Assembly: GCA_025451785.1 (NCBI GenBank)
Contig: JANWJV010000124.1
Span: 2,428-66,427 of the forward strand
Direction of reading: 5' to 3'
Length of the DNA stretch: 64,000 bases
From: Bacteroidia bacterium
Lineage (GTDB): Bacteria > Bacteroidota > Bacteroidia > JANWJV01
A program made the position numbers and the translations under genes. The stretch's first letter is position 1. Every line of letters begins with the position of its first letter. This document shows positions 1 through 11,297 of this stretch, piece after piece. The notes beneath the pieces were generated by a model. That model was not told where the DNA came from and did no database searches. It saw nothing but the letters and a program-made list of their open reading frames with translations.

Positions 1-1306
1 GATATTTAGCGATGGCGTCTGTCCAAAGCGTATCGCTGTTCTTCCAAACCTTGCAACGCTCAAAAGTGAGATAAGCGCAAAGCGCGGCGCAAACAACGAG
101 CAAGGGCAGGGCTGCCTGTTTCAGCAAGGCCAGCCGTTCGCTGCTCTGCTTTTTCAAAGCTTCGTATCCCATCGCGACCGGGAACAGCAATCCTATATAA
201 GGAACATAAGAGTAACGGTCGGCCATGATCACTTGTCCTACCGAAACGAATTGCAGTACCAGCGCCACGGTAACCACGTAAAAAGCGAAGCCGAATGCCA
301 GGAGGCGGCTGCGTTTCATGCTTAACCATACGAGCACAAAAAGCCCAAGGGCGATCACCGGTGCCGCGTAATAGAGTATAGGAAGGCTCCCGTTCATCAG
401 CACAGGATACGGATAGAAATTGCACAGGTTCAGCGGAAGGACCAACTGGAAGATATACATGATCAACCCGTAAGCGGCAAACATGAAACGCTGGAACAGT
501 GTAAAGGTCTCGAACTTGGCGATGGCCTCCTGCGACTGGATGTTAGAAGCCAGGATGCCGAAAAGAATGGACAAAGCAAAGAAAGGCAGCTTCTCCAGGA
601 TCATCCGCTTGTCGATCTTCCGTTCCTTATAATAGTCGATGAGCAGCAACACCACAGGTAGCACCACCGCCATGGCTTTAGAAAGGATGGACAGCAAGAA
701 CAGGGCAATGGCCGCGGTATAGAGTAACAGTTGTTTCCTGCCTTCGCTTTCAAGGTAACGCAGGTACACGATAAGCGAAGCCATGAAGAAAAAAGCATAC
801 AGCACATCCTTACGCTCCGAGATCCAGGCCACCGATTCAACGTGCATAGGATGAATGCCGAAGAACAGCGCCACGATGGCGGCGACCTCTGTTCGCCTGC
901 CGCTCAGCAAAAAGATGAACCAGAACACCAGCGCGGTGTTAAACAGGTGGAAGAGAAGATTGGTGAAGTGATAGGTATGCGCGCTGTACTCCGAAAAGTG
1001 ATAGTCGATGGCCAGCGAAAGAATGGTAATGGGATGGTAGTTCAGCGAAACATGGTTGGCTGTGGAGAAGATCGAGCTCACATTATCGCCCGAAAGGCTC
1101 GTCACCAGCGGGTTCTCCGCCACATATACGTTATCGTCCCAATTGGTCCAGCCGTTGTTCAGCGAACCGGAATAGCAAATGAAGGTGATGACAACGACAG
1201 CTGCCAGAAAATATAAATGCCTGCGCCCTTCCGTGGCCCTGCGCTTGTGCGCAGGCTTTTTAGGCGCCTGTTCTTTCGCCTTGTGTTGCTGCTGTTTCTT
1301 GCTCAC
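1..1306 (-). CDS. TMTC-like GT-C fold membrane glycosyltransferase (probable protein O-mannosyltransferase-like); 3' end runs off the window
   Basis: Manual translation from GTG at 1306, which overlaps the ftsE stop as GTGA: MSKKQQQHK...[18 protein letters not shown]...NYHPITILS...HFTNLLFH...[20 protein letters not shown]...SKAMAVVLP...MADRYSY...VWKNSDTLW. These are TMTC-type motifs with many hydrophobic segments. Not in the ORF track because no stop falls inside the window. Confidence 0.8.
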   Translation of the reverse strand, partial: MSKKQQQHKAKEQAPKKPAHKRRATEGRRHLYFLAAVVVITFICYSGSLNNGWTNWDDNVYVAENPLVTSLSGDNVSSIFSTANHVSLNYHPITILSLAIDYHFSEYSAHTYHFTNLLFHLFNTALVFWFIFLLSGRRTEVAAIVALFFGIHPMHVESVAWISERKDVLYAFFFMASLIVYLRYLESEGRKQLLLYTAAIALFLLSILSKAMAVVLPVVLLLIDYYKERKIDKRMILEKLPFFALSILFGILASNIQSQEAIAKFETFTLFQRFMFAAYGLIMYIFQLVLPLNLCNFYPYPVLMNGSLPILYYAAPVIALGLFVLVWLSMKRSRLLAFGFAFYVVTVALVLQFVSVGQVIMADRYSYVPYIGLLFPVAMGYEALKKQSSERLALLKQAALPLLVVCAALCAYLTFERCKVWKNSDTLWTDAIAKY

Positions 1307-2004
1307 GATGGTTTTGAATCGATGATGCCGCCCTCTTCACAACGAATGGTGCGGGAAGGGAACTTCTGGAACATCATCATGTCATGCGTTGCCATCAGCA
1401 CCGCCCTGCCATTCTTGCTTATCTCCATCAGCAACGAAACGATGCCTTCGGAGGTCTCCGGGTCAAGGTTGCCGGTGGGTTCGTCGGCGAGGATCACTTC
1501 AGGATCGTTGAGCAATGCCCGCGCGATGGCCACCCGCTGCTGTTCGCCGCCGCTGAGCTCATGCGGCATCTTAAAACCCTTGGTGCCTAAACCTACTTTC
1601 TCCAACACATTCTGTATTCGCTCCTGGATCTTCGGCTTGTCCTTCCAGCCTGTTGCTTTAAGAACAAAGAGAAGGTTATCATTTACGCTGCGATCGGTAA
1701 GCAGCTGGAAATCCTGGAATACGATGCCGAGCTTGCGGCGCAGGTAAGGCACTTCCTTGCGCCTGATCTTGTTCAGCTGAAAGCCCGCGATACTCACATT
1801 GCCCTGGGTGAGGGGAAGGTCGGCATATAAGGTCTTTAGCAAACTGCTCTTGCCGCTGCCTGTCTTGCCCACCAGGTATACGAACTCTCCTTTCGAAATA
1901 CCGATCGAAATATTCGCCAGCACCAGGTTGCTCTTCTGGAAAATGGAGATCTTGTCGATATTGATGATAGTATCCAGCGCCAAGGCAGTGATTTTGACTG
2001 ACAA
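1303..2004 (-). CDS. ftsE: Cell division ABC ATPase FtsE
   Basis: Walker [51 protein letters not shown]. The exact start codon is uncertain. Confidence 0.85.
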   Translation of the reverse strand: MSVKITALALDTIINIDKISIFQKSNLVLANISIGISKGEFVYLVGKTGSGKSSLLKTLYADLPLTQGNVSIAGFQLNKIRRKEVPYLRRKLGIVFQDFQLLTDRSVNDNLLFVLKATGWKDKPKIQERIQNVLEKVGLGTKGFKMPHELSGGEQQRVAIARALLNDPEVILADEPTGNLDPETSEGIVSLLMEISKNGRAVLMATHDMMMFQKFPSRTIRCEEGGIIDSKPS

Positions 2005-2146
2005 AGATAAATCATTTTGTCGCTGAAGGCGGTTTCACACCCTCGCGCGGACCGCAATAATTTCAACAATTACGCGTTCATAACTTGTACTTAGGCTGCA
2101 GGAGGCATGGTGGGAACGTTACTACTTTTATCGATCAGTTTTTCTG

Positions 2147-5100
2147 ATGAAGATGCAGCGAAGTATAGCCCGGTTACTTGTATTTACAATGGTTTTCAGC
2201 CTTACGGCGAATGTTCTCTATTCGCAAAAGACGGTTGTTTATACCCATGAGGACGTCCCTTTTAAAGTGGGCTACGATCTATTCCTGAAACAGAAATACG
2301 GTTCAGCGCAAAAGCAGTTCCGCGAAGTGATCGAAACACACGCGCCCAAGTCGGTGGTGAGGATCGACGCCGAATATTACGCGGCACTTTGCGGCATCGA
2401 GCTCTTCAACAAAGACGCCGAGCTGCTGCTGAAGAACTTCATCATGGACCATCCCGAAAGTCCGCATGTGAAGAGCGCCTATTTCAACCTCGGAAAATAC
2501 AACTATCGCAAAAAGAAGTTCAAGGATGCCATCGACTGGTTCAATAAGGTGGATGTGTATGACCTCAGCATGGAAGAACTTCCGGAATATTATTTCAAAC
2601 GGGGTTACAGCTATTTCGAGGAGGGGCAGATGGAAAAGGCCTCTAAAGATTTCTTCGAGATAAAGGACGTTGACACCCGCTATACACCTCCCGCTACCTA
2701 TTACTATTCGCACATCGCTTATACCTGGAAGAACTACGAGACCGCGCTGGGCGGGTTCCTGAAGCTCACTAAGAACGAGACCTTTGGACCTGTGGTGCCT
2801 TATTACATCGCGCAGATCTATTACCTGCAAGGCCGCTACGATGAGGTGATCCGCTTCGCGCCACCCCTGCTCGACTCCGCCAATACCCGCCGCGGCCCCG
2901 AGATCGCGCGTATCATCGGCGAATCGTATTTCAAGAACAAGCGCTACGCCGATGCCATCCCTTATCTCAAGAAATATGAGAAGTCGGTAGCGGTGCTCTC
3001 CCGCGACGACAGCTACGAGCTCGGCTTCGCCTGCTACCAGGTGAAAGACTGCGACAACGCGGTGAACTACCTGCAGGGAGCAGTGTCGATGCAGCAGCCT
3101 GACGCGCTTACGCAGAATGCCTATTACCATATGGGCGACTGCTATGTGAAGCTCAGCAAGAAACCTTCGGCGCTCAGTGCCTTTTATTCCGCTTCACGCA
3201 TCAGCGCCGATAAACAGGTGCAGGAAGACGCGTTGTTCAGTTACGCTAAACTGTGCTACGAGCTTGCGTACAACCCTTACAATGAGGCGGTGAACGCATT
3301 CAAGAAATACATCGCCGAATATCCCAGCTCTCCCAGGGTAGATGAGGCCTTTGGGTATCTTACCAATGTGTACCTAACTACCAAGAACTACCGCGAGGCG
3401 CTGGCTTCCATTGAAAGCATTCGTGTGCTGAGCCCCCAGCTGAAACCGGTGTACCAGCGCATCGCCTACAACCGCGCCGTAGAGTTCTATAATAACCAGC
3501 AGCTGGATTCGGCATTACGGCATTTCGACAAAGCACTGGTGTACTCCGTAGATAAAAGCCTGAGCTCGCTTTCTTATTACTGGAAAGCGGAAACATTCTA
3601 CCGGCTCAAGCAATACGACAAGGCCATTGAGAACTATAAGGCCTTTGTATACGAACCGGGCGCTTTCAACCTGCCTCAGTTCAGTCTTACCAATTACTGC
3701 CTGGGCTATTGCTATTTCCAGAAGAAGGATTACGCGCAGGCGATCCTGTCGTTCCGGAAATACACCGGCAGCAAGACGAAAGAGGACGCGAAGAAGCTGA
3801 ACGATGCCAACATCCGTATCGGCGACTCCTATTTCATGACAAAGGATTATCCCAACGCGGTGGATTTTTACGACCAGGCGATCAAGATCAAACAGATAGA
3901 TGTGGACTACGCGCTTTACCAGAAGTCGCTGGCCCTGGGTGTGCAACGTAAGAATGAGGCCAAGCTCGCCACGCTGCAGCAACTGCTTAACGACCATCCT
4001 GGTTCCAATTACACGGCTGCTACCAAGTTCGAGATCGCGAAGACCCACCTGATGAGCAGCGATTATGACAAGGCGCTGGCCTGGTACCAGAAGGTGATCA
4101 ACGATCATCCCAATAGCAGTTATGTTAGCAAATCGCTGTTGCAAACAGGCGTAGTGCTACGCAATAAGAAGGACGATGAGGCGGCCATCGCGCAGTTCAA
4201 GAAAGTAGTGAGCGGTTATCCCTGCGGACAGGAATCAAAGGAAGCGCTGGGGTTGCTGCGTTCCATGTATGTTGACAAAGGGGATATTAAAGAGTTCGAA
4301 GATTACATTAAGAATGCTCCCTGCGCCGACTTCTCAAAATCGCTTATGGATTCGAGCGCCTACGACGCGGCGAAGAACAGCTATTTCAAGAACGAGTGTG
4401 AGAAGGCCGTTGCGGGCTTCAACAACTATCTTCAGAAATACCCCAACGGGATATTTGCGCTGGAGGCCAATTACTACCGCTCCGATTGTCAATACCGCTC
4501 CGGCAATTACCTGGGCGCTGCCGAAGGGTATAAGTACATCACCGGCAAGCCTAAGAACAAGTTCACTGAGACCTCGCTGCTGAACCTTGCCACAGGCTAT
4601 TATAAGATGAAGAACTATACCGATGCCTGTACCTATTATAACCGGCTTGAGGGCCTGGCCGAATATCCCAAGAACATCATGGAGGCCAGGATCGGGCAGA
4701 TGCGCTGCAATTACCAGGGTAAGAACCACGCGCTGGCCATTCAGTACGGAAGGAATGTGCTTGCCACGGAGAAGATAACGCAGGAGATCTCTAACGAGGC
4801 GCATATTACTATCGCTCGCTCCTCGTACGAAAGCCAGGATATGGAAACAGCACTTGCCGAATTCAAGGCTACTGCTGCTGTTGCGAAGAGCGTATTGGGG
4901 GCAGAGGCCCGTTATTATGTGGCGCTCATCCACTACCAGAAAGGAAATTACAACGACTCCAAGAAGACAGTGTTCGACCTGGTGAACCTGGAACCTTCCG
5001 ATCCTTACTGGATGACGAAAGGATTGATATTGCTCTCGGATATTTATGTGGCACTGAAAGATAATTTCCAGGCCAAGACAACGCTGCAATCGGTCATCGC

Positions 5101-5302
5101 GGATTCTGATATTCCCGAACTTGCCGCCGAAGCCAAAGCCAAGCTGGATGCGATCCTGCTCTCAGAAAAACCGCCGGAGCCCAAGCCGCAGGAGGACCTG
5201 AAGCTGGAGTTCAATAACAAGGATAGTAAATTGTTCCAGGAAGAGCCTGTGAAGACGGAGCCGGTGAAGGAAGAACCTAAAAAAGAGGAGGGACCGAAAT
5301 GA
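2147..5302 (+). CDS. Large exported tetratricopeptide-repeat protein
   Basis: Signal peptide, ~1000 aa of TPR-like helical repeats (AYYHMGDCY, RIGDSYF, AKFEIAK) and a low-complexity P/E/K tail. Confidence 0.85.
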   Translation: MKMQRSIARLLVFTMVFSLTANVLYSQKTVVYTHEDVPFKVGYDLFLKQKYGSAQKQFREVIETHAPKSVVRIDAEYYAALCGIELFNKDAELLLKNFIMDHPESPHVKSAYFNLGKYNYRKKKFKDAIDWFNKVDVYDLSMEELPEYYFKRGYSYFEEGQMEKASKDFFEIKDVDTRYTPPATYYYSHIAYTWKNYETALGGFLKLTKNETFGPVVPYYIAQIYYLQGRYDEVIRFAPPLLDSANTRRGPEIARIIGESYFKNKRYADAIPYLKKYEKSVAVLSRDDSYELGFACYQVKDCDNAVNYLQGAVSMQQPDALTQNAYYHMGDCYVKLSKKPSALSAFYSASRISADKQVQEDALFSYAKLCYELAYNPYNEAVNAFKKYIAEYPSSPRVDEAFGYLTNVYLTTKNYREALASIESIRVLSPQLKPVYQRIAYNRAVEFYNNQQLDSALRHFDKALVYSVDKSLSSLSYYWKAETFYRLKQYDKAIENYKAFVYEPGAFNLPQFSLTNYCLGYCYFQKKDYAQAILSFRKYTGSKTKEDAKKLNDANIRIGDSYFMTKDYPNAVDFYDQAIKIKQIDVDYALYQKSLALGVQRKNEAKLATLQQLLNDHPGSNYTAATKFEIAKTHLMSSDYDKALAWYQKVINDHPNSSYVSKSLLQTGVVLRNKKDDEAAIAQFKKVVSGYPCGQESKEALGLLRSMYVDKGDIKEFEDYIKNAPCADFSKSLMDSSAYDAAKNSYFKNECEKAVAGFNNYLQKYPNGIFALEANYYRSDCQYRSGNYLGAAEGYKYITGKPKNKFTETSLLNLATGYYKMKNYTDACTYYNRLEGLAEYPKNIMEARIGQMRCNYQGKNHALAIQYGRNVLATEKITQEISNEAHITIARSSYESQDMETALAEFKATAAVAKSVLGAEARYYVALIHYQKGNYNDSKKTVFDLVNLEPSDPYWMTKGLILLSDIYVALKDNFQAKTTLQSVIADSDIPELAAEAKAKLDAILLSEKPPEPKPQEDLKLEFNNKDSKLFQEEPVKTEPVKEEPKKEEGPK

Positions 5303-6945
5303 GGATATTGTCAATAGTAGCAGTAGCAGTAGCAGGAAGCGGTACTTGTTTCGCGCAAAAGGCGTCGGCCGATTCCTTTATGGTGATCAATAATTTTGTT
5401 CCCACTATTGCCGATGCGTACAAAATAGGGGAGAACCCTGTTTCGGTAGACTCGGTGTTGAGGAAGGCTCCTATGAGCTACTCGATCTCTCCCAAGGTGG
5501 TGAATACCTCCTTCAGTGTAGAACCTATTAAGCCGGCGGTAATGGCCGGTGAGCCTTTAACAAAACTGTACCGCTCATTGCTCAAGGGCGGCTTCGGCAC
5601 CTATACCAGCACTTACGGAGAATATTTCTTTAATAACCTGCGCTCTAAAGAACTGAACTGGGGAATGCACCTGAAGCATTTCAGCTCCACCGCTACCCTC
5701 GAAGATGTTGGCTTCAGCGGCTATAGCGATAATGTGGCAAGCATTTACGGTAAGAAGTTCCTGCGAAAGCATACGCTGTGGGGTGAGACGGATTATACCC
5801 GCAACCTGCTGCACTATTATGGCTATGATGCCGCGCAAAATTCTATCAGCGACAAGGCCATTACGCGCCAGATCTATTCCTTCATCGCGCCAAGGGCAGG
5901 CCTCATCAGTCATTATACCGATTCATCAAAAACAAATTACGATATCAGCATGGGTTATTCGCGTCTTGCCGACCTTTACGAGGCCGTGGAAGACAATGTA
6001 AATGCTAAAGCCCTCTTCAGGACTTACGTAGAGCAGCAATTGCTTAAAGTAGGAGCGGAGATCGATTATTACCATAACAAGAACAAGCTCGACACTCTTT
6101 CGAACACCATCCTCAACCTTTCGCCTTCGTTCATCGCCACCGGTCAGAAATGGAGGACCAGCCTGGGCGTTACACTTACGGCCGACGTGAACAAAGGCAA
6201 CAGCCAGTTCCATTTCTATCCTTGTATCGATTTTAATTATGATATCATTGACAATGTGTTGGTGCCTTACGCGGGCATTACCGGCGGCTTGAAGAAGAAC
6301 AGCCTGAAGAGCCTTACCGATGAGAACCCTTTCCTCGAAACCAATATCAAAACAGAGAACACCAGCAAGACCTTTGATGTTTACGGCGGCATCCGCGGCA
6401 CGGTAGGCTCCTCGGTATTCTATAACGCGGGTATTTCGTACGCGGCGTATACCGACATGGCCTTTTTTACCACCGACTTTGCCGCGCCGATCCTCGACAA
6501 CAAGTTCATTCTTGTTTACGATAACGTGAAGCTCACCACCCTACGCGGCGACCTGCAGTACCAGGCCAATGAGAAACTGAAGCTGCTTGCGAGGGGAGAG
6601 TTGTTCAAGTACCATACAACAGGCATTGTATCGCAGGTATGGCACAAGCCCAATATGCAGCTTACTTTTTCGGGCAACTACAACCTGAAAGACAAGATAG
6701 TGCTGAAGGCGGATGTTTTTGTATTCGGAAAGCAGAGGGCTCAGGCGCCAGGTACAGGCGGCACCATCATTGCTCAGGAACTCAAGGCGATCACCGACGC
6801 AAACCTGGGACTTGAGTATCGTTATACCAAGCGCCTTTCGGCATGGGTGAACTTTAATAATCTCACCGCGCAGCGTTACCAGCGCTGGTATAATTATCCT
6901 TCCCAAAAGATCAATATTCTTTTTGGAATGAGTTACGCTTTTTAA
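5299..6945 (+). CDS. Outer-membrane beta-barrel protein (TonB-dependent-receptor-like)
   Basis: ATGA overlap with the TPR gene, signal peptide, amphipathic strands, DANLGLEYRYTKRLS..NNL and a C-terminal GMSYAF beta-signal. Confidence 0.75.
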   Translation: MRILSIVAVAVAGSGTCFAQKASADSFMVINNFVPTIADAYKIGENPVSVDSVLRKAPMSYSISPKVVNTSFSVEPIKPAVMAGEPLTKLYRSLLKGGFGTYTSTYGEYFFNNLRSKELNWGMHLKHFSSTATLEDVGFSGYSDNVASIYGKKFLRKHTLWGETDYTRNLLHYYGYDAAQNSISDKAITRQIYSFIAPRAGLISHYTDSSKTNYDISMGYSRLADLYEAVEDNVNAKALFRTYVEQQLLKVGAEIDYYHNKNKLDTLSNTILNLSPSFIATGQKWRTSLGVTLTADVNKGNSQFHFYPCIDFNYDIIDNVLVPYAGITGGLKKNSLKSLTDENPFLETNIKTENTSKTFDVYGGIRGTVGSSVFYNAGISYAAYTDMAFFTTDFAAPILDNKFILVYDNVKLTTLRGDLQYQANEKLKLLARGELFKYHTTGIVSQVWHKPNMQLTFSGNYNLKDKIVLKADVFVFGKQRAQAPGTGGTIIAQELKAITDANLGLEYRYTKRLSAWVNFNNLTAQRYQRWYNYPSQKINILFGMSYAF

Positions 6946-6997
6946 GCTTAAAAAAGCGGTAACAAAACCCTGTAAATCTCCAAATCCGCAGCCTTGT

Positions 6998-7023
6998 TTT
7001 TTATCAACAAATGTTGATAAAAA
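6998..7023. promoter_or_regulatory. Inverted pair of DnaA-box-like 9-mers upstream of gyrB
   Basis: TTATCAACA (7001-7009), aa, TGTTGATAA (7012-7020). Each has one mismatch to TTWTNCACA. Confidence 0.4.
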
Positions 7024-7069
7024 CGGCCCTTTTCTAAAGGGATTCCGGCCCCTGGCACCCTCAAAATCT

Positions 7070-7077
7070 TATATTTG
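7070..7077 (+). promoter_or_regulatory. Bacteroidota sigma70 -7 element for gyrB
   Basis: TATATTTG matches TAnnTTTG, ~40 nt before the ATG. Confidence 0.55.
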
Positions 7078-7100
7078 TTAAGCTCTAAAAAACCGTATAA

Positions 7101-9086
<1,986 letters not shown>

Positions 9087-9095
9087 TTCCTCTTT

Positions 9096-9126
9096 CCTCC
9101 CCTTACAAGGGGAGGGCAGGGAGGGG
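9096..9126. repeat. REP-like GC-rich hairpin after the gyrB stop
   Basis: CCTCCCCTT-AC-AAGGGGAGG followed by GCAGGGAGGGG. Resembles the element at 33742-33810. Confidence 0.5.
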
Positions 9127-9137
9127 TTTTCTCCAAT

Positions 9138-9171
9138 AAAAAACCCTGACGATATCGTCAGGGTTTTTTTT
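9138..9171. terminator. Bidirectional intrinsic terminator between gyrB and the collagen-like gene
   Basis: Perfect palindrome AAAAAACCCTGACGATATCGTCAGGGTTTTTT between convergent genes. Confidence 0.85.
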
Positions 9172-9189
9172 AGTACTTAGCTGTCTTAA

Positions 9190-11217
9190 TTACCTTCCGG
9201 GACCACCTTTCTTATTAGCGGGTGCTGCTATAGTAGCAGGTTTGATATCCTGCTCAGGCAGTATAGAGTAGCCCTGAGGTCCTGCCGACTTGGCAAAACG
9301 CTCAGCAGAGTATTTTGACATGGTGCCATTGGCGTTCATTTCGTCAGCCCTGTTGGCAACGATGTGCCACATGAACTTTGTATTGGAAGTACCGCCATTG
9401 AGCTCTTTCACGTCGAAGCCTGACGCTGACTTGCTGGTCACATAAACACCTTTGCAATCGCCTTCGAGCTGGATGAAGACCCTCAGGGGGTGCTCTTCGT
9501 TCACCACGATGTTCTTGGTGAAGATAGGGTCGATAGAGATGTGAGTTGAACCGCTGTTAAGCTGTCCTTGACCGTAGTCTTCAAAAAGGTTCTCAGGAGC
9601 TTCAGGAGCGCTGAGCACCACGAGATCATTGTTGAGGTCTTTTACCACGGTATTTACCGTTCCAAGACCTTCTATCTTACGGATCACGTTGGCGTTGGTA
9701 ACGCAGCCCACGTAAGCCCATGCGGTAAGGTTGCTGTAGAAATAGCCGCCTGCCTTTAAGAGGCCTGCGGTAAGTGAGTCCTGTGTAACAAAACCAACCA
9801 CACCAAACCTTCTGCCTGCACCAGAAACACCGCTGCCGGAGTTGAGTACGATAGAAGATCCGCCGTTACCGCCGCCTACTACGCCGGTACCACCAAGCGC
9901 GTTAGAAGGGTTATAGTTGTTGGTACCCCATACACCGCCGGTAAGCATATTGGTAGCTGCAGTTACCGCGCCTCTAACACCGAAGGCGCCCGCGCCGCCG
10001 GCAAAAGTGTTGATGCCGATAATTGCATTGGTTGCTGCTACTGTCTGACCCTGGATGCCGATACCTGTGCCTGTGTTGGCGCCAAGAATACCGAGACCGC
10101 TGGAGTTGTTGAAGCCTTGTACACCTTGCCCGGTGGAGTTGTTAGTACCTACAACACCGATACCCGAACTCACCGATTGACCGTAAGCACCTACACCTGT
10201 GCCGGTGTTGTTGCCAAGCAGTCCCTGACCGGTAGCAGAGTTCTCACCATAAATACCCTGACCCGTAGAAGCCGCGTAACCGTTTACGGCGGCAGTACCA
10301 ATAGCCGCTGTTTGAGAAGCATGCCCGTCGGCATATACCGAAATAACGTCACCGGCCTGGGGCGCGGCACCGTTGAATACCATTGTTCCGGCGGTCATGA
10401 TCCTGCCGCGGTCGCTGCTGTTCGTTTTGAACACCAGATCGGCCGCGTTATTGCTGCCGATATAGTTCAGCGCGCTGCTGATACCGGTATTACCAGTGGT
10501 AAGCCATGCAGCGTTAACCGAAGTAACTGTTTGAGGGAAAGTAGTGTTGATGATCAGCTGACCATTGGTGTTGAAGTTGTCGTTGGTAATGGTCCAGTTG
10601 GGGCCGGTAGGTCCTGTTGCACCCGTAGCGCCCGCGATACCCTGAACACCGGTAGCGCCGGTAGCACCTGTGGGACCAGCTACACCCGCTGCGCCGGTAG
10701 CGCCCGTTGCACCGTTGGCACCATTAGCGCCGGTAGCACCCGTTGCTCCGTTGGCGCCTGTTGCACCATTGGCACCATTGGCACCATTAGCGCCTGTAGC
10801 ACCCGTTGCTCCGTTAGCACCATTGGCTCCGGTAGGACCGGTAGCTCCATTAGCACCCGCGGGGCCGGTAGCACCTGTAGCACCATTGGCTCCTGCAGAA
10901 CCTGTGGGGCCTGTAGGGCCACCCAATACGCAGAGAGATACCCATACGGTACCGGTGGTCTTATAGTAGAAATAACAATCGAAGTTAGTATCATACACCA
11001 GCAAGCTGTTGGCAGGTGTAGCAATGGCCAAACGCTGAGCGGTGGTCATCCTGGGAACAAGCACGCCTTTGCCAGTCGAAACCATTTCCAGAATAGAAGT
11101 AGCGTCGGGTGTGTTGGTGCCGATACCTACGTTATTCTGCGCGAAAGCGCCGGGGGCTGAAAAAACAGTAATTATCCCGAACGCAAAGAGGCGGGACAGT
11201 TTTTGGTAGTTTTTCAT
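9190..11217 (-). CDS. Secreted collagen-like fibre protein
   Basis: Signal peptide; NVGIGT...[14 protein letters not shown]-domain; 36 Gly-X-Y triplets; 11-aa Gly-rich repeats; C-terminal [17 protein letters not shown] domain. Confidence 0.85.
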   Translation of the reverse strand: MKNYQKLSRLFAFGIITVFSAPGAFAQNNVGIGTNTPDATSILEMVSTGKGVLVPRMTTAQRLAIATPANSLLVYDTNFDCYFYYKTTGTVWVSLCVLGGPTGPTGSAGANGATGATGPAGANGATGPTGANGANGATGATGANGANGANGATGANGATGATGANGANGATGATGAAGVAGPTGATGATGVQGIAGATGATGPTGPNWTITNDNFNTNGQLIINTTFPQTVTSVNAAWLTTGNTGISSALNYIGSNNAADLVFKTNSSDRGRIMTAGTMVFNGAAPQAGDVISVYADGHASQTAAIGTAAVNGYAASTGQGIYGENSATGQGLLGNNTGTGVGAYGQSVSSGIGVVGTNNSTGQGVQGFNNSSGLGILGANTGTGIGIQGQTVAATNAIIGINTFAGGAGAFGVRGAVTAATNMLTGGVWGTNNYNPSNALGGTGVVGGGNGGSSIVLNSGSGVSGAGRRFGVVGFVTQDSLTAGLLKAGGYFYSNLTAWAYVGCVTNANVIRKIEGLGTVNTVVKDLNNDLVVLSAPEAPENLFEDYGQGQLNSGSTHISIDPIFTKNIVVNEEHPLRVFIQLEGDCKGVYVTSKSASGFDVKELNGGTSNTKFMWHIVANRADEMNANGTMSKYSAERFAKSAGPQGYSILPEQDIKPATIAAPANKKGGPGR
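10597..10920 (-). repeat. Collagen (Gly-X-Y)36 coding repeat
   Basis: Uninterrupted GAT/GAN/GPT-dominated triplets with 9-bp periodicity. Confidence 0.9.
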
Positions 11218-11252
11218 TAATCAGGGATCTATTTTTTGTTGAAACTAAAGCG

Positions 11253-11260
11253 CAAATTTA
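11253..11260 (-). promoter_or_regulatory. -7 promoter element for the collagen-like gene
   Basis: TAAATTTG on the minus strand, ~35 nt upstream of the ATG. Confidence 0.5.
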
Positions 11261-11297
11261 TCATTTAATAGGGGAAATCCAAATTTATTAAGTTTTC

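Noticed and set aside
1303-2004. ftsE without an adjacent ftsX
   Set aside because: Unlinked ftsE and ftsX are common in this phylum; not notable by itself.
10117-11160. 347-aa and Pro/Ala-rich ORFs on the + strand
   Set aside because: Antisense shadows of the collagen repeat, which lacks stops in the other frames.
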